DNA of 64,000 bases, taken from positions 99,262,001-99,326,000 of the forward strand of contig NC_135658.1 in NCBI RefSeq assembly GCF_964188315.1, given 5' to 3'. Shown one piece after another: positions 25,871-38,844 of this stretch (positions within the stretch are counted from its first letter, which is position 1; the number at the start of each line of letters is the position of its first letter). Made by a program: the position numbers and the translations under genes. The stretch is from Podarcis muralis (Eukaryota). The notes beneath the pieces are model-generated. The model worked only from the letters and a program-made list of their open reading frames with translations, was not told the DNA's origin and made no database searches.

Positions 25871-26098
25871 CAGTGGTACCTCGGGTTACAGATGCTTCAG
25901 GTTACAGACGCTTCAGGTTACAGACTCCGCTAACCCAGAAATAGTACCTTGGGTTAAGAACTTCGCTTCAGGATGAGAATAGAAATCACGCAGCAGCGGG
26001 AGGCCCCATTAGCTAAAGTGGTGCTTCAGGTTAAGAAGAGTTTCAGGTTAAGAAGGGACCTCTGGAACGAATTAAGTTCTTAACCTGAGGTACCACTG
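25871..26098. mobile_element. Tc1/mariner-superfamily (Tigger-like) MITE
   Basis: TIR CAGTGGTACCTC...GAGGTACCACTG with TA on both sides (25869-70, 26099-100). Internal gcttcaggttacaga repeats. Confidence 0.92.
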
Positions 26099-27564
26099 TA
26101 TATGATTGGTCTCCTCCATCACCCTATGTTTATCCGAACCAGCCCACTGAAAACCTGTGGAGGAACAATAGCTAGGCATCCATCCCTAACTGTTGCACAG
26201 AAGAAGAAGAAAATAAAATTAGAAGCGTTATAGAAAAGGGGTATTGCTAGGCCAAATGGATTGGTTTAAATATTTTTTGACACATGGCACAAAGTTCATA
26301 TACATTGCTTCAGGCAGTTGGAAACTTAAAAGCTAGTCTGATGGTAAAGTTTTTGAGGGTGGTTTTTTTATTAAAAAAAACAAATATTCTTTGAATTTTA
26401 TGGCTTGTCTCCCACATGAGGCGTAATAGTTTCAATGTTCTAATTAGTACTTGTGTATATTGCCATTACTTTGTCTCTTTAATCACATTATTAAGTCTGT
26501 TATGGAGATTCCTTATAGAATCACACTTTATAATAGTGGTTCTAATTTGAATATGTCCTTTTTATGTTGTCTGAATCTGAAACATCATAAACTCTTTTTA
26601 TGGGCCCTTTGATAGTAGACACTTTCCTGCTTTATGCTTGATTAGAACATACAGTACTAAGTAATAAAGAAACTTCCTGAAGCTTTGGAATTTTACTGCT
26701 AGAAAATATCTCCGCTTCCTCAGGCTTCGGTTTCCCCTCTGACACTATGACATTCAGTCAGGGAAAGATAACCCCCAGTTCTTCAGAGACTGTTCCGCAG
26801 GAAATTTAAAACGAGGGGGGGGAGAAACATATTTCTTCTTCTCTCTTCTAAAGAGAGTTGGCCAGCACTGCTTGTGACCCATGAAATCAAAGGCTCTCTC
26901 CACCAGCCATGCAGGGTCCCTCAAAGACTCAACGAACCTCCTGGTTTCTCTGGGACTCTGCTCCCGATGGGCCACCATTACATAGTTCAGTAGTGTTGGT
27001 GTGACATATCCATAGCTATATCTATATCTAGAAAGGAGAATTCCTGGAAGCCATGAACTAGGTTTGGGGCAAGTACTCTTGAAAACCTCAGCAGAGATTT
27101 AAAATCACAAAAATATACATAAATATGGGCTGTTAGACCTTCCAGATATGCCCTTCCAAAGTTTCCCACTTCCCCTAGCATAAAAAGACCACGTGTTTGG
27201 TAAGTTAAAAATGGTTTACTTACAAACTCTCCAAATGTCTGGTTCATGTGCTTTTCCTAGTGTATCCATCACTAGGAAAGGTTGTATGGGCGGTAAAACT
27301 TAGCTTAGTTACAAAGTGGTAAAAGTTCCTAGATTATTAGAATAGGAATTTAATGGTGAGAGCCATGTGGTTGAGGTGCAGCAACCAGCTTAAATCTCTT
27401 CATACCTTTTCAGACTGAACACAACAATAAACTTGAATACCTATTTCCTCCAAGGTGAGGGGAAGTGACAGAGCTAAGCCTGGCAGGACAGCTTACTCTA
27501 TGGTATTAACCCCTTCATGTGTTAATTGGACTTAAGCATGTTGGTTGGATGATGCTGGTTATCC

Positions 27565-27700
27565 CACAAGTAGCAGAGCATCTACTTTGCATTCAGAATG
27601 TCCTAGATTAAATTCCTGGGCATCTCCAACTAGGGCTGGGAGAGAACCCTGTCTGAAATCTTGGAGAATTGTAGTCAGTCTGCGTAGATAATGCTAATAC
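27565..27700 (+). mobile_element. Degenerate tRNA-derived SINE (Squam2-like)
   Basis: agagcatctactttgcattcagaatgtcctagattaaattcctgggcatctcc...agggctgggagagaaccctgtctgaaatcttggag. Related copies at about 58640-58785 (+) and about 21020-21130 (-). Confidence 0.6.
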
Positions 27701-28453
27701 TTCCTCGCTTCCTGTGTTGCTGCTAGTGATGCTTCTGAATTTTGGGGCAGGGCAGTTTGGAACAGGCATTTGCCTGACTCATGATGCTCAGTTATATACT
27801 GAACCAAAGGCCATGCCTGTCCCTCAAGTTTTTCTCTTGCTCAGATCACAGTATGCAGGGCTGGTGTCAAAGGAGACTTGCTGAGGTTCAAATCCTGACT
27901 GGAAATTACAGAAGTGAGCTGGGTCCAAATTAAGTTAGCTGCACAGCTTGCAGTGAAGTCAAGGGGATTTAAATTGTGACTAATGTGTACCATCGGTTTC
28001 AAGGGGACATTCTATACATGTCTACACCGAAGTAAGCTCTATTGAGTTCAGTGCAACACCTCCAAGTTGCAGCCAGCATTCATCCTTAAAGGGCTTTGTC
28101 AGACCCCAAATGCAGCTTATGACATAGATCTATTATCTTGGTTATTCCCTGCAGAGAATAAGTATACTCCCTGTCTTTTACAGTGGCATCATTCCTAGGC
28201 AAGCATTGCAGCCTTATCAGGGGAAGCATGTAAGCTTCTGATAGGATGAAAAACGTATCCCTGTCATTTTTATAAACCTGTTTTTTTGAGTCCTGTTTTT
28301 TGTTAGTTCAATGTGCCAAAATGCAGAGCAGTTCCAGCCCAGGTTTTCACAATTGCGCAGTCTTTGCAAGCTAGACCTGGCAAGGCAATCATGAAATCTC
28401 CTTTTAGACTTAATTCCCACCCTTCCAGTTTGTGGATTGGTTTGTAACATAAA

Positions 28454-29159
28454 NNNNNNNNNNNNNNNNNNNNNNNNNNNNNNNNNNNNNNNNNNNNNNN
28501 NNNNNNNNNNNNNNNNNNNNNNNNNNNNNNNNNNNNNNNNNNNNNNNNNNNNNNNNNNNNNNNNNNNNNNNNNNNNNNNNNNNNNNNNNNNNNNNNNNNN
28601 NNNNNNNNNNNNNNNNNNNNNNNNNNNNNNNNNNNNNNNNNNNNNNNNNNNNNNNNNNNNNNNNNNNNNNNNNNNNNNNNNNNNNNNNNNNNNNNNNNNN
28701 NNNNNNNNNNNNNNNNNNNNNNNNNNNNNNNNNNNNNNNNNNNNNNNNNNNNNNNNNNNNNNNNNNNNNNNNNNNNNNNNNNNNNNNNNNNNNNNNNNNN
28801 NNNNNNNNNNNNNNNNNNNNNNNNNNNNNNNNNNNNNNNNNNNNNNNNNNNNNNNNNNNNNNNNNNNNNNNNNNNNNNNNNNNNNNNNNNNNNNNNNNNN
28901 NNNNNNNNNNNNNNNNNNNNNNNNNNNNNNNNNNNNNNNNNNNNNNNNNNNNNNNNNNNNNNNNNNNNNNNNNNNNNNNNNNNNNNNNNNNNNNNNNNNN
29001 NNNNNNNNNNNNNNNNNNNNNNNNNNNNNNNNNNNNNNNNNNNNNNNNNNNNNNNNNNNNNNNNNNNNNNNNNNNNNNNNNNNNNNNNNNNNNNNNNNNN
29101 NNNNNNNNNNNNNNNNNNNNNNNNNNNNNNNNNNNNNNNNNNNNNNNNNNNNNNNNNNN
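28454..29159. other. Assembly gap (N run)
   Basis: 706 N. Confidence 0.99.
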
Positions 29160-29765
29160 ATACCTTTGAACTCTGAAGCTTATTCGGTACAGTCAACACG
29201 TTGGTTTTCTTTTTGTGATGGAAATAAGATAGAAACGAATTAAAAAACCCCATAGAAATGATATTTAAATATTTTAACAGCTCAAAATTTCTTAGATGGT
29301 TGTATCTTTCATAATTTAAACTTGGCACAAACTATAGGATCTCCCACTTCATAGCACTGTCCAGTTTCTGTGCTGGTGGGCACAGGGATAAAATTAATAA
29401 AACTGGTCTGGAAAGCCTTCTTTGCAGAATTTCTCATCTTTTCTAAAGTTCTGTTCCAAAAGGTCTCCTGACTCTATTCTTTGCTTTTTTTTTAATGGTT
29501 TCTGGGGAATAGATGCATCCAAATGACAGCATTGTTTTCGGACTTTCCTTCCTGATTTGCTTCTTGGAAACAAAACATTTCCAGGATTAGCCTCTGGTAT
29601 GAAATCCAGTTTCTCTTTTACAAATGGATGAGCTTGATCTGCCATGAAGTTCTCTGGTGCAAGCACAAATGAGGCCAGATCTTAACATGATGCTCTATTC
29701 CATTCAACACACTTTTTTTCGTTCACTGCCGTGCCCTGCACCCCTTCTACACAGAACAGCCTTTT

Positions 29766-29789
29766 GAAAGAAAGAAAGAAAGAAAGAAA
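29766..29789. repeat. (GAAA)6 microsatellite
   Basis: gaaagaaagaaagaaagaaagaaa. Confidence 0.95.
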
Positions 29790-30115
29790 ATGAAAAATAT
29801 ATGCACCTGACCAGGCTCTGCTTTTGGCTGCTGGCAGCCAGCATGGAACCCACTGCTCTGCTTATCTCCCTCTGCTGCATTCCTTGTGCCTTCTCCAGTA
29901 ATTAGGTATCAGCTGATTTTCCTAGTTCTGCACTATTGCTACTCTGCTCTCATTCTCTGGAGGCAAATGTGTGGGGCATTGTGCCCTGCAAGGTCCCCAG
30001 TCACCTTGGTTGAGCTCCATATGTGCACATATACTGTATGGAGCCATTCTTACATGAGCTTTTACATGAGTGCCATTGTTCAAGAAATTTTGCCCTTCGG
30101 TGGGAACTGGCTATA

Positions 30116-30450
30116 CAGTGGTGCCCCGCAAGACGAAAGCCTCGCAAGACGGAAAACCCGCTAGACGAAAGGGTTTTCCGTTTTGGAGGTGCATCGCAAG
30201 ACAAATTTTCCTATGGGCTTGCTTCGCAAGACGAAAATGTCTTGCGAGTCTCGCCAATTTTTTTTCGCCCCCCCCTTTTCTAAGCCGCTAATAGCCTTTT
30301 AGCAGCTCAGCCGCTAAGCCTTTAATAGCCGCTAAGCCGCTAATAGCGCTAAGCCGCTTAGCCGCTAATGGGGTTGCTTCGCAAGACGAAAAAACCGCAA
30401 GACGAAGAGACTCGCGGAACGGATTCTTTTCGTCTTGCGAGGCACCACTG
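30116..30450. mobile_element. Tc1/mariner-superfamily MITE (second family)
   Basis: 23-bp TIR CAGTGGTGCC(C/T)CGCAAGACGAAA with one mismatch and TA duplication. Internal reiterated gcaagacg and gccgctaa units, high CpG. Confidence 0.92.
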
Positions 30451-31526
30451 TACATTGTTTTTCTATATTGTACTCATGGAAGGAAGAACTATTGCCTTCT
30501 TTTTTAAAAGATTGTAGATTGTTTTGCTAGTGGCAGATTTATTATTATCAGGATATTAAATTCTGCTTCCCTCCCTGGTTGGGCCATAATGAATACTCCC
30601 CCCCCCAATTTTTTTGCTATGTTAACCAGTCTTTGGCTGGATCTATACACATCAAAAAAGTGTTTCAGGAAAACACATTGTAAACTTTATAATGGGAAAT
30701 CATGTTGGCGAAAGACAGGACTCCACAGCGCCATTTGGTGCCACAGTGTTATAACACATATTAAACACTTTTTATTTACTAATGTAGCTGAGTTCCTCGA
30801 CTAAGAAGTGGGTTGAATGCATATGGAGTGTGCAGTAGCAGCTCAGGATCTTCAACAAGTCTTTTTTTTATTTATTTCACACAGCTCTTGAGTAACCGGT
30901 CAATGCAAACTGTGACTGCAGGCACAGATAACAGCCCTGGATCTCTGTTCATGAATTTGATGAAGTGAGTAATTTGAATTCAGGTGTGTCATTTATGTTC
31001 ACAACAACTGAAATAAGGAAACATTTTCAGATCTTCACCCAGCGTGGCAATTTGATTCTGTTATTTTAGCCACAGCTCATTTTGGTTGACACTAAAGGCC
31101 CTCCATTGTTCTTACAGCAAAAACAACAATCCCCCACCATGTTCTGGTGGGCTACCCAGAGCCCACCTGCCCCTTATAAACTCAGCACATGGGCTTCAGA
31201 GAACATTCCAGCTGTCCCTTTCCCAGATCTTTTCTGGAAGCAAAGTATGTCATTGGCATCTTTACTGGGGCAGCCATAATTTGACCTAAAGGACTTATTT
31301 ATTATAGATCTTGCTTGTGTATACACTTTATTGAACATGTAAAACACCAGATTAGTCCATAAAAGGGCTAAATTATTAGAGCAGGAACTAGCCACTGAGG
31401 TTAATGAAAATATAATTAGTGCTGCTTGAGCTACATGCTGTTGAAAGAAGGGTCATAAATCCTATTAATCTCTTTTTCACTCAAAAATTATTGACCTGAC
31501 AGGCCACAACGGTGTGGTCTATGTGT

Positions 31527-31694
31527 NNNNNNNNNNNNNNNNNNNNNNNNNNNNNNNNNNNNNNNNNNNNNNNNNNNNNNNNNNNNNNNNNNNNNNNNNN
31601 NNNNNNNNNNNNNNNNNNNNNNNNNNNNNNNNNNNNNNNNNNNNNNNNNNNNNNNNNNNNNNNNNNNNNNNNNNNNNNNNNNNNNNNNNNNNNN
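31527..31694. other. Assembly gap (N run)
   Basis: 168 N. Confidence 0.99.
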
Positions 31695-33193
31695 TCAGTT
31701 TGTGTCAAAACAACAGGAGGATCTGTTCTTGATACATATACTGTGTCATATAACTGTAACGCCACAGGCTGGATGTGATGCAGGTTGAAAATATATGTTT
31801 GTTTGAGAACAACCAAGAAGAGGCACACACACTCTGCAATGGCCTCTGACCAGGCAAAAGCACACACCACCGAAAGAAATGTGCAGGCCAGGGACCTGAT
31901 GGCTGAGATGTTCCTGGAGAGTAACGTCCTGGGAGCTCCAGGGAGTTAGGACAATCTCTCCCAGAGTCATCATGCCTGATAGTTCCTTATGTTGACTGAA
32001 GGAAAGTGATCTAGGCTTTCCAACCTACCAATCCCTAAGTTCAAAGCTATTGCCCATTCACTGCTGCCAGGGAATTTCCTGGGACTTAGCCACATTAGGA
32101 TGCCTTAGGCATGTTGCCCCATACACTTAAGCATGCATTTGGGTATGTTACTGATCATTAAATTGCAACTTAATTTTCTTTGTGAACCAGTAGTGTTTTT
32201 TTATTGTAGCATATTAATTAGTACTCATTAATGATCTTTTAATCGAAATCAGGAAATGTGATGCTAAAATCATTCAACAGCCAATCTTCAAATCAAATTG
32301 GGCTGTTAATGTTGGGGGTGGAAGGAGCTGTGGCTTGAGGAAACTTCTGAAATTTCAAAGAACTCCATAAAACGACTTAGCCCTTCTACAAAAACGAACT
32401 CTTACCATTGAATAGGTTTCAAACGAGTTCTACTTTGTGTTATCAGAGCGCAATTTACAGAATTAAATGTAGTTAATATTCAGAGCCAAGGCAGGTTGTT
32501 TCTTTGTTTACAACAAGATTGGGATTAAGAATAAAGTAAAATGAAATGCAATGGTAATCGAAAATATCTAAAATCAGCGACACAGGCACTAAGGGACGAG
32601 ATTCCAGGGACCAGACAGTGGATCAAGGGAGAAACCTTCAGTTCTGCTCTGGGGTTACTAGTTGGAAACTATGGTGGCAACTTTATATATGCATAAAGAG
32701 AGAAACATGCTTCACATTGCACTTCTCTCCCATTAACTCTGGTCAGTATGGCCAATGGTCAGGGTTAAGAGAGTTGGGGTCAAAAAATGGGGGGGGGGGA
32801 GTTTGGGGAATTTTACTCTGTGTCTTTTATGGCAAAGATAACTTCTGTCCTGGAAGGAAGAGACCAAGAAACTCACAGTCAGGCCATAGAATCTCCAATT
32901 ACTATTGCTTAGCATGTCCCCTAGCACAACAATTGCTGCATGTGCCCATTTATTCTTCCACTCCTGAATACAACCTCCAGTTGTATTCCCCCTTTTAAAA
33001 AATGTCCAATTTCTTTATTTTTTCTCCTTTTGCATGAACAGGAGCCTCCACATCACCTTGTCAGTGATAGCTCCTGATATTATTTGGGGTTCATAGTGCC
33101 ACCCTTTCTTTAAAGTCCATTACAACTGATAGGTCTCTGCTTTCTCTTTCCTATGTGCAAGAAATTTCACTCTATTTCACTCTATTCTTCAGC

Positions 33194-33521
33194 ATACCTG
33201 AAGGAGCGTCTCCACCCCCATCGTTCTGCCCGGACACTGAGGTCCAGTGCCAAGGGCCTTCTGGCAGTTCCCTCACTGCGAGATGTGAGGATACAGGGAA
33301 CCAGGCAGAGAGCCTTCTCGGTAGTGGCGCCCGCCCTGTGGAATGCCCTCCCATCAGATGTCAAGGGGATAAGCAACTATCTGACTTTTAGAAGACATCT
33401 GAAGGCAGCTCTCTTTAGGGAAGTTTTTAATGACTTTTGTTTTAATGTATTTTTAATATTTTGTTGGAAGCCACCTAGAGTGTCTGGGGAAACCCAGCCA
33501 GATGGGTGGGGTATAAATAAA

Positions 33522-33568
<47 letters not shown>
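33194..33568 (+). mobile_element. L2-clade LINE 3' end with (TAT)n tail
   Basis: Encodes YLKERLHP...RTLRSS...RAFSVVAPALWNALPSDV...FRRHLKAALFREVF (L2 ORF2 terminus), then 3' UTR and the (TAT)n run at 33522-33568. Confidence 0.9.
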
Positions 33569-33570
<2 letters not shown>

Positions 33571-33599
33571 CTAGGGTTTTCAAAGCAATCCTATGCATG

Positions 33600-34049
33600 T
33601 TTGTTGTTGTTGTTGTTTAGTCATTTAGTCGTGTCCGACTCTTCGTGACCCCATGGACCAGAGCACGCCAGGCACTTTTGTCTTCCACTGCCTCCCGCAG
33701 TTTGGTCAAACTCATGCTGGTAGTTTCGAGAACACTGTCCAACCATCTCGTCCTCTGTCGTCCCCTTCTTCTTGTGCCCTCCATCTTTCCCAACATCAGG
33801 GTCTTTTCCAGGGAGTCTTCTCTTCTCATGAGGTGGCCAAAGTATTGGAGCCTCAGCTTCACGATCTGTCCTTCCAGTGAGCACTCAGGGCTGATTTCCT
33901 TCAGAATGGAGAGGTTTGGTCTTCTTGCAGTCCATGGGACTCTCAAGAGTCTCCTCCAGCACCAGAATTCAAAAGCATCAATTCTTCGGCGATCAGCCTT
34001 CTTTATGGTCCAGCTCTCACTTCCATACATCACTACTGGGAAAACCATG
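33600..34049 (-). mobile_element. Bov-B LINE 3' fragment
   Basis: Minus ORF MVFPVVMYGSESWTIKKADRRRIDAFEFWCWRRLLRVPW...GVTKSRTRLND* with (AAC)n tail. Near-identical to the other two copies. Confidence 0.95.
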
Positions 34050-34658
34050 GAATCAAATCCCCTTACATTCACTGGGGCTTGTTCCAAGGTAAGAGTGCAT
34101 AGGATTGAGTAGCACTGTAATCTGCAGTGCATTCTGACAATTAGTGAAGCTTAACAGTTAGAAAAATGGTACATGAATACTTTTCTGAAGGAGGGATAAC
34201 GTTCAGAGATAAATAGATTTTTCTCCAATTTCAGCTTGGTAGAAATTGGCCCTGTACCTGCTCTCCAGTATTTTACTCTATAGGAATAACTGTTTTGTGC
34301 TCCTGGCTGAATTTCCCACTGCACCTGGCACACACAAGCCCTAGAGAAAACCAATACTGCATTACGTGTGGGTGATGCGGAGCTACAGTCCAGAGTTGTT
34401 GCAAGGTCATTAGGCTATTCGTCAATCTGCCTAATGAGCTACTCAGCTTTCCAGTATTCAGGTATACAGTTGCTGACAAAGGTCTCTTGCATCATGGTTA
34501 GTCACAATTGCTATTCTCACCTGACTTGAAGTGTTCCAGCCATCTGTACTCTTTTATCAGTTTAGTGCCTTCCTCAATTTACAGTTTCCCTGTACTATTA
34601 ATGTTTTCACGGCCTAGTAAAGCTATCATGACAATGGTTGAATGTACTGTTTCACTAC

Positions 34659-34684
34659 ATGATGATGATGATGATGATGATGAT
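34659..34684. repeat. (GAT)n microsatellite
   Basis: atgatgatgatg... Confidence 0.95.
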
Positions 34685-35384
34685 AGAAGAAGTTGACATG
34701 GTTTCTTGGCATCATGAAATATTCTTGCAGCGAGTTAGTAGCTTCGTTGTGCATTGCACAAACAAAGTTTAAGCAAAACAGCAGGTATGCATCCCTTCTT
34801 TGGGCCTTTGGCATTCCCAACTGTGCAGCAGGCTTGGCACATACAGTTCTGTGTGCATGAAGGTCTCCCTGCTACAGATGTTTGTGCTGTACACATGGAA
34901 GCCAGGTGCTGGAACTGGTCCATGCAGCTCTACTCCCTGCTCATTCTCTGACTGAGCATGTGGGCAGAATTTGCAAAGAGAGCTTAGTCCATAGGCAGAT
35001 GTCTAGATTTTATGCCGCTGTCAGAACCACTTCACCCAGTTGTGGATTTATTTATTTTCCAGAAAACCAGGCAGCCATCTGAGCTCCGCAGCACTGGAGA
35101 CAATACTTTGAGGCAACTGTGTCAAAGCCTTTCTCCTGTTTCATAGAGAGGCAAAGCTTGCTTCCATGCCTCCTGTAAAACCTACCAGAGAGTTCATAAG
35201 ATGCCAGCCCTGTAAGGCAAGCTAGGCTGAGAGCTGGTAGTTCAGAGACCAAAACTGAAACTGCACATATTTAGAATATTTGCTGCTTGTTACTTATTAG
35301 GGTTGGCAATTTTTGGGGGGGTCTGCTTATTTGGAGGTTTTCCTGTAAATATCAGAACTGTAGCTTCTTCCCTGTGAATGACAT

Positions 35385-35570
35385 TGCATAAGGACATAAG
35401 AAGAGCTCGGCTTGACCAGGCTAAGGGCCCATCTAGCCCAGCATCCTGTTCTCACAGCAGCCACCCAAATGTCTGGGGGAAACCAGTAAACAGGACCTGA
35501 GCGCACCAGCACTCTGCCCCCCCCCCCGTGCTTTCCAGGAACTGGTATTTAGATACATACCATTGGCAGA
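35385..35570 (-). mobile_element. CR1-type LINE 3' UTR end
   Basis: cataaggacataagaagagc...ggcccatctagcccagcatcctgttctcacag is the reverse complement of a squamate CR1 3' terminus. Confidence 0.7.
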
Positions 35571-36084
35571 TTTAGGGCAGGACGACTGGCTCCTCTGCAC
35601 TGGGCCCAGGAGATGTAAAAAATCACCCTAGAAATCTGTAAAGGAACGGGTCAAGAAGCTGTCCCCCAAAGCCACCTCCACTCTAGGCAGGCTGCTGAGT
35701 TTTCCCTAAGGCAACTGGGCTCCAAGAGCTGCAACCATGTCAGCCTTCAGCCCCAAATTACACCCCCACTGACCTCTGCCTTCGGTTCAGAAACGGATCC
35801 GCAGCACCCCCCGTCGTCCTCCACCATCACCCCATGCTGCTCTGCAGCTGCTGGCCTGGTCCTGGTGGCACCAGCAGATGCTTCAACTGCTCTGACTCCT
35901 CCTTCTCCACACCAACCACTGGGCCCCACACCTGCAGGTGTGCAGCAGCACCTGGCTTTATCCAAAGGAGGGAACTGAAGAAAGACCAGCTGCCCTTCTT
36001 TAACTGAGCATTGCTAATTACTTTAGGGACTCGGGGCACAGGCATGTGACACAGTTTTGCATATGCTAATCTATATGCCTAGAT

Positions 36085-36424
36085 AAAGGTGAAGGTAAAG
36101 GGACCGACTCTGTGGTTGCACGCTCATCTCGCTCTAGAGGCCGAGGGAGCCAGCGTTTGTCTGCAGACAGCTTCCGGGTCATGTGGCCAGCATGACTAAG
36201 CCACTTCTGGCTAACCAGAGCAGCGCACAGAAACGCCTTTTACCTTCCTGCCAGAGTGGTACCTATTTATCTACTTGCCCTTTGACGTGCTTTCGAACTG
36301 CTAGGTTGGCAGGAGCAGGGACCGAGTGACAGGAGCTCACCCCATCGTGGGGATTCGAACTGCCAACCTTCTGATTGGCAAGTCCTAGGCTCTGTGGTTT
36401 AACCCACAGCGCCACCCGCGTCCC
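36085..36424 (-). mobile_element. Sauria SINE, subfamily A (small internal deletion)
   Basis: aaaggtgaaggtaaaggg...ggtttaacccacagcgccacccgcgtccc. Approximate TSD atatgcctagata/atatacctagata. Confidence 0.92.
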
Positions 36425-36509
36425 TCAGATATACCTAGATACTTCTGGTCAAATTATAGTAGTGGCTCAGATGTCACCAGCCTTGCATTTTGTAGTCCGT
36501 CCAGCCACC

Positions 36510-37070
36510 TGTCAGAGATGGATGATGAGGAGTGGTGGGAAGCGCCAGCCGGGGAACCCCCAAGGGAAATCCCAGAGGAGGAAGGCTCAGAAATCTGGGA
36601 TTGGTAGTGGGACATGGAGGAGAGGTCAGAGAGGGAAGATTGGGAGGAGGTGGTAGATACTCAAGGGACAAGAGGATTTAGTGAACAGGAGGAACCTGTG
36701 GCAGGGAGCAGTTCAGACTCCAAGGCTGAAGCAGAGGAGGGAAGTCAAGAGATTCTGAAGCATCCCAGGAATCGTCTTCTCCTGCCACAACCATTTTCCC
36801 TAGACCCCAATGTCCAAGAAAGTGCAAGATAATGAGGAGGGAGGAACAGAGGTCATAGGTGGGCAGAAATAGCTTGAGACTGCTTGGGAAACATCTGGGA
36901 GAGGAGGGAAGGGAAGCAGGGACCTTCAGTCCTGGCAACTGCTCTATGGGGGCAAGACCTACTGGGAAGTGTTGCTGAGTCATTTGCTGTTTCCTTGAAT
37001 AAAGAGGTAACTTCACTGACAACTGACTCTGCCTCTTCATTCTGACCTACATCTGACTTCAACCCTGAAA
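36510..37070 (+). mobile_element. Solo LTR, probably Gypsy-type
   Basis: 561 bp. Starts TGTCAGAG and ends CCCTGAAA (imperfect inverted termini). Purine-rich body, AATAAA near the 3' end (gaataaagaggtaac), flanks ccacc/gcacc as a near 5-bp TSD. Confidence 0.7.
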
Positions 37071-38356
37071 GCACCTTGTTAGCAAAAGTGATTTAGAAAC
37101 AAAATAAAACAAAAACTTTTCAAACTCTTTGAAAAGGTAGGAGATCCAAGGCTTGGTACAAAAGACCAGTGACTTGAGCCTCCTGGACTACCCCCCGAAA
37201 GCATCCCTGCATCCTCATAGAAATTAGCCAGATTATGTTTCTTGCATCCAATAAGAGCTTCTGGATCACTGTTCTTTCTGACTAGTATCTGCCCTTACTT
37301 TCTTTGGAGCCAGGTCTACTTGTTTCTACCCACAGAAGAGAAAGAAATCCACACATCAATTTTCTTTCTTCCACTAGGCTCTGGATCTGAGGGTGTTGTC
37401 CTTCATGTTTCAGCATGTTCTTAGAGAGAGGTGTAACACTCTAAGTAGTTCAAGTCCCTACAAATAATTTTTTTAGCATATTTTCAACACAAACACAGCA
37501 TAGGGGTCTGTCATAACTTACTCTTTCAAGCATCCACAGCAGTCTGTTTTCAATACAGGGACAAAGTGCAAAATAACCTTGAGGTATGCTTATTCAGAAA
37601 TCAATCTCATTTTCTAGTAGCACAGCCCCAGTCATTTAAATTTGTGCATGCCATTCAGCTACAGTGTGAGAACAGAAAAAAACGGGAGAAAGATATTCTG
37701 CTTACAAATAGGTTATCTCAAGTAAGATGGGGTGGGGTGGGGGACACCATCTGATTTGGGGGCAAAAAGGCTCATATGAGCTCTCTATATGATGAATGTC
37801 AAGCTCTCAATGGCTAACAAAACTTGTATAATTTCAACACCTCCACTTCTGTCTGGCAGCAGTGATCCTTCCTAGGGTGTGTTTTCCCTTCCTATTCTAG
37901 CAGAAGACAGGCATGACTAGCCTGCAGCCAGGGTATTTTGAAGTCTTAGCTAGAATCAAGGAATGGATCCATCATAAACATTATATTGAAGAAGGAGGAG
38001 GAGGAAGCCTTCAGAACTAGCTTAGCAGATGCACACCAACAGCTGGGAGTATGCACTGATGGCCAAGCAGAAGACAACCTGCAACATTAATTTGAGTTGT
38101 GAAAATAAAGCCGATTTCACTTTCCTCCAGAGACAGGCATGACTGATAAAAATTGTATATCTTTAGAATCTCTGTTCCCTGTAGTCAACGCCACCTGTGA
38201 CATGGGAACCACAAGGATATGATTGGTGGGTGCTGTTCCTGCAGATTATTCTAATGGTTCAAATCAAATGTATTTGAATTTGTAACTTTTTATTGCACAT
38301 CTTGGAATGCATTTTTCGACCACATGTTGGAACATTTGTGCTCCAAAAAAAGGGAG

Positions 38357-38560
38357 NNNNNNNNNNNNNNNNNNNNNNNNNNNNNNNNNNNNNNNNNNNN
38401 NNNNNNNNNNNNNNNNNNNNNNNNNNNNNNNNNNNNNNNNNNNNNNNNNNNNNNNNNNNNNNNNNNNNNNNNNNNNNNNNNNNNNNNNNNNNNNNNNNNN
38501 NNNNNNNNNNNNNNNNNNNNNNNNNNNNNNNNNNNNNNNNNNNNNNNNNNNNNNNNNNNN
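38357..38560. other. Assembly gap (N run)
   Basis: 204 N. Confidence 0.99.
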
Positions 38561-38844
38561 GGAATGATTCAAAGAGTTATTTTATGGGGAAATTAATGGA
38601 AGCCGGCTTTTCATTCTTCTGCACCAATTGAAAACCTCAGCAGCCAGCTGCCCACTTGTCAAGAAAACAGAAAGAAGCTGGGAACAAAGATAAATAAAAA
38701 CACCTTTTCCCTGGCACTTTTGAAGAGAAAAAACAGCTCTCATTTACAGCAGCCATCTGTTTGTTATTTAATATGGGTGAATTACATGCTGTAATGAGTT
38801 TGTTTCTGCATCACTCAGTGCAATGGAACACAAGTTCACTCTCA

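Noticed and set aside
27179-27199. 21-nt microexon-like pattern cccctAG|CATAAAAAGACCACGTGTTTG|GTAAGT
   Set aside because: The acceptor lies in sequence resembling the degenerate hAT MITE family, one frame has a stop, and there is no upstream UGC context.
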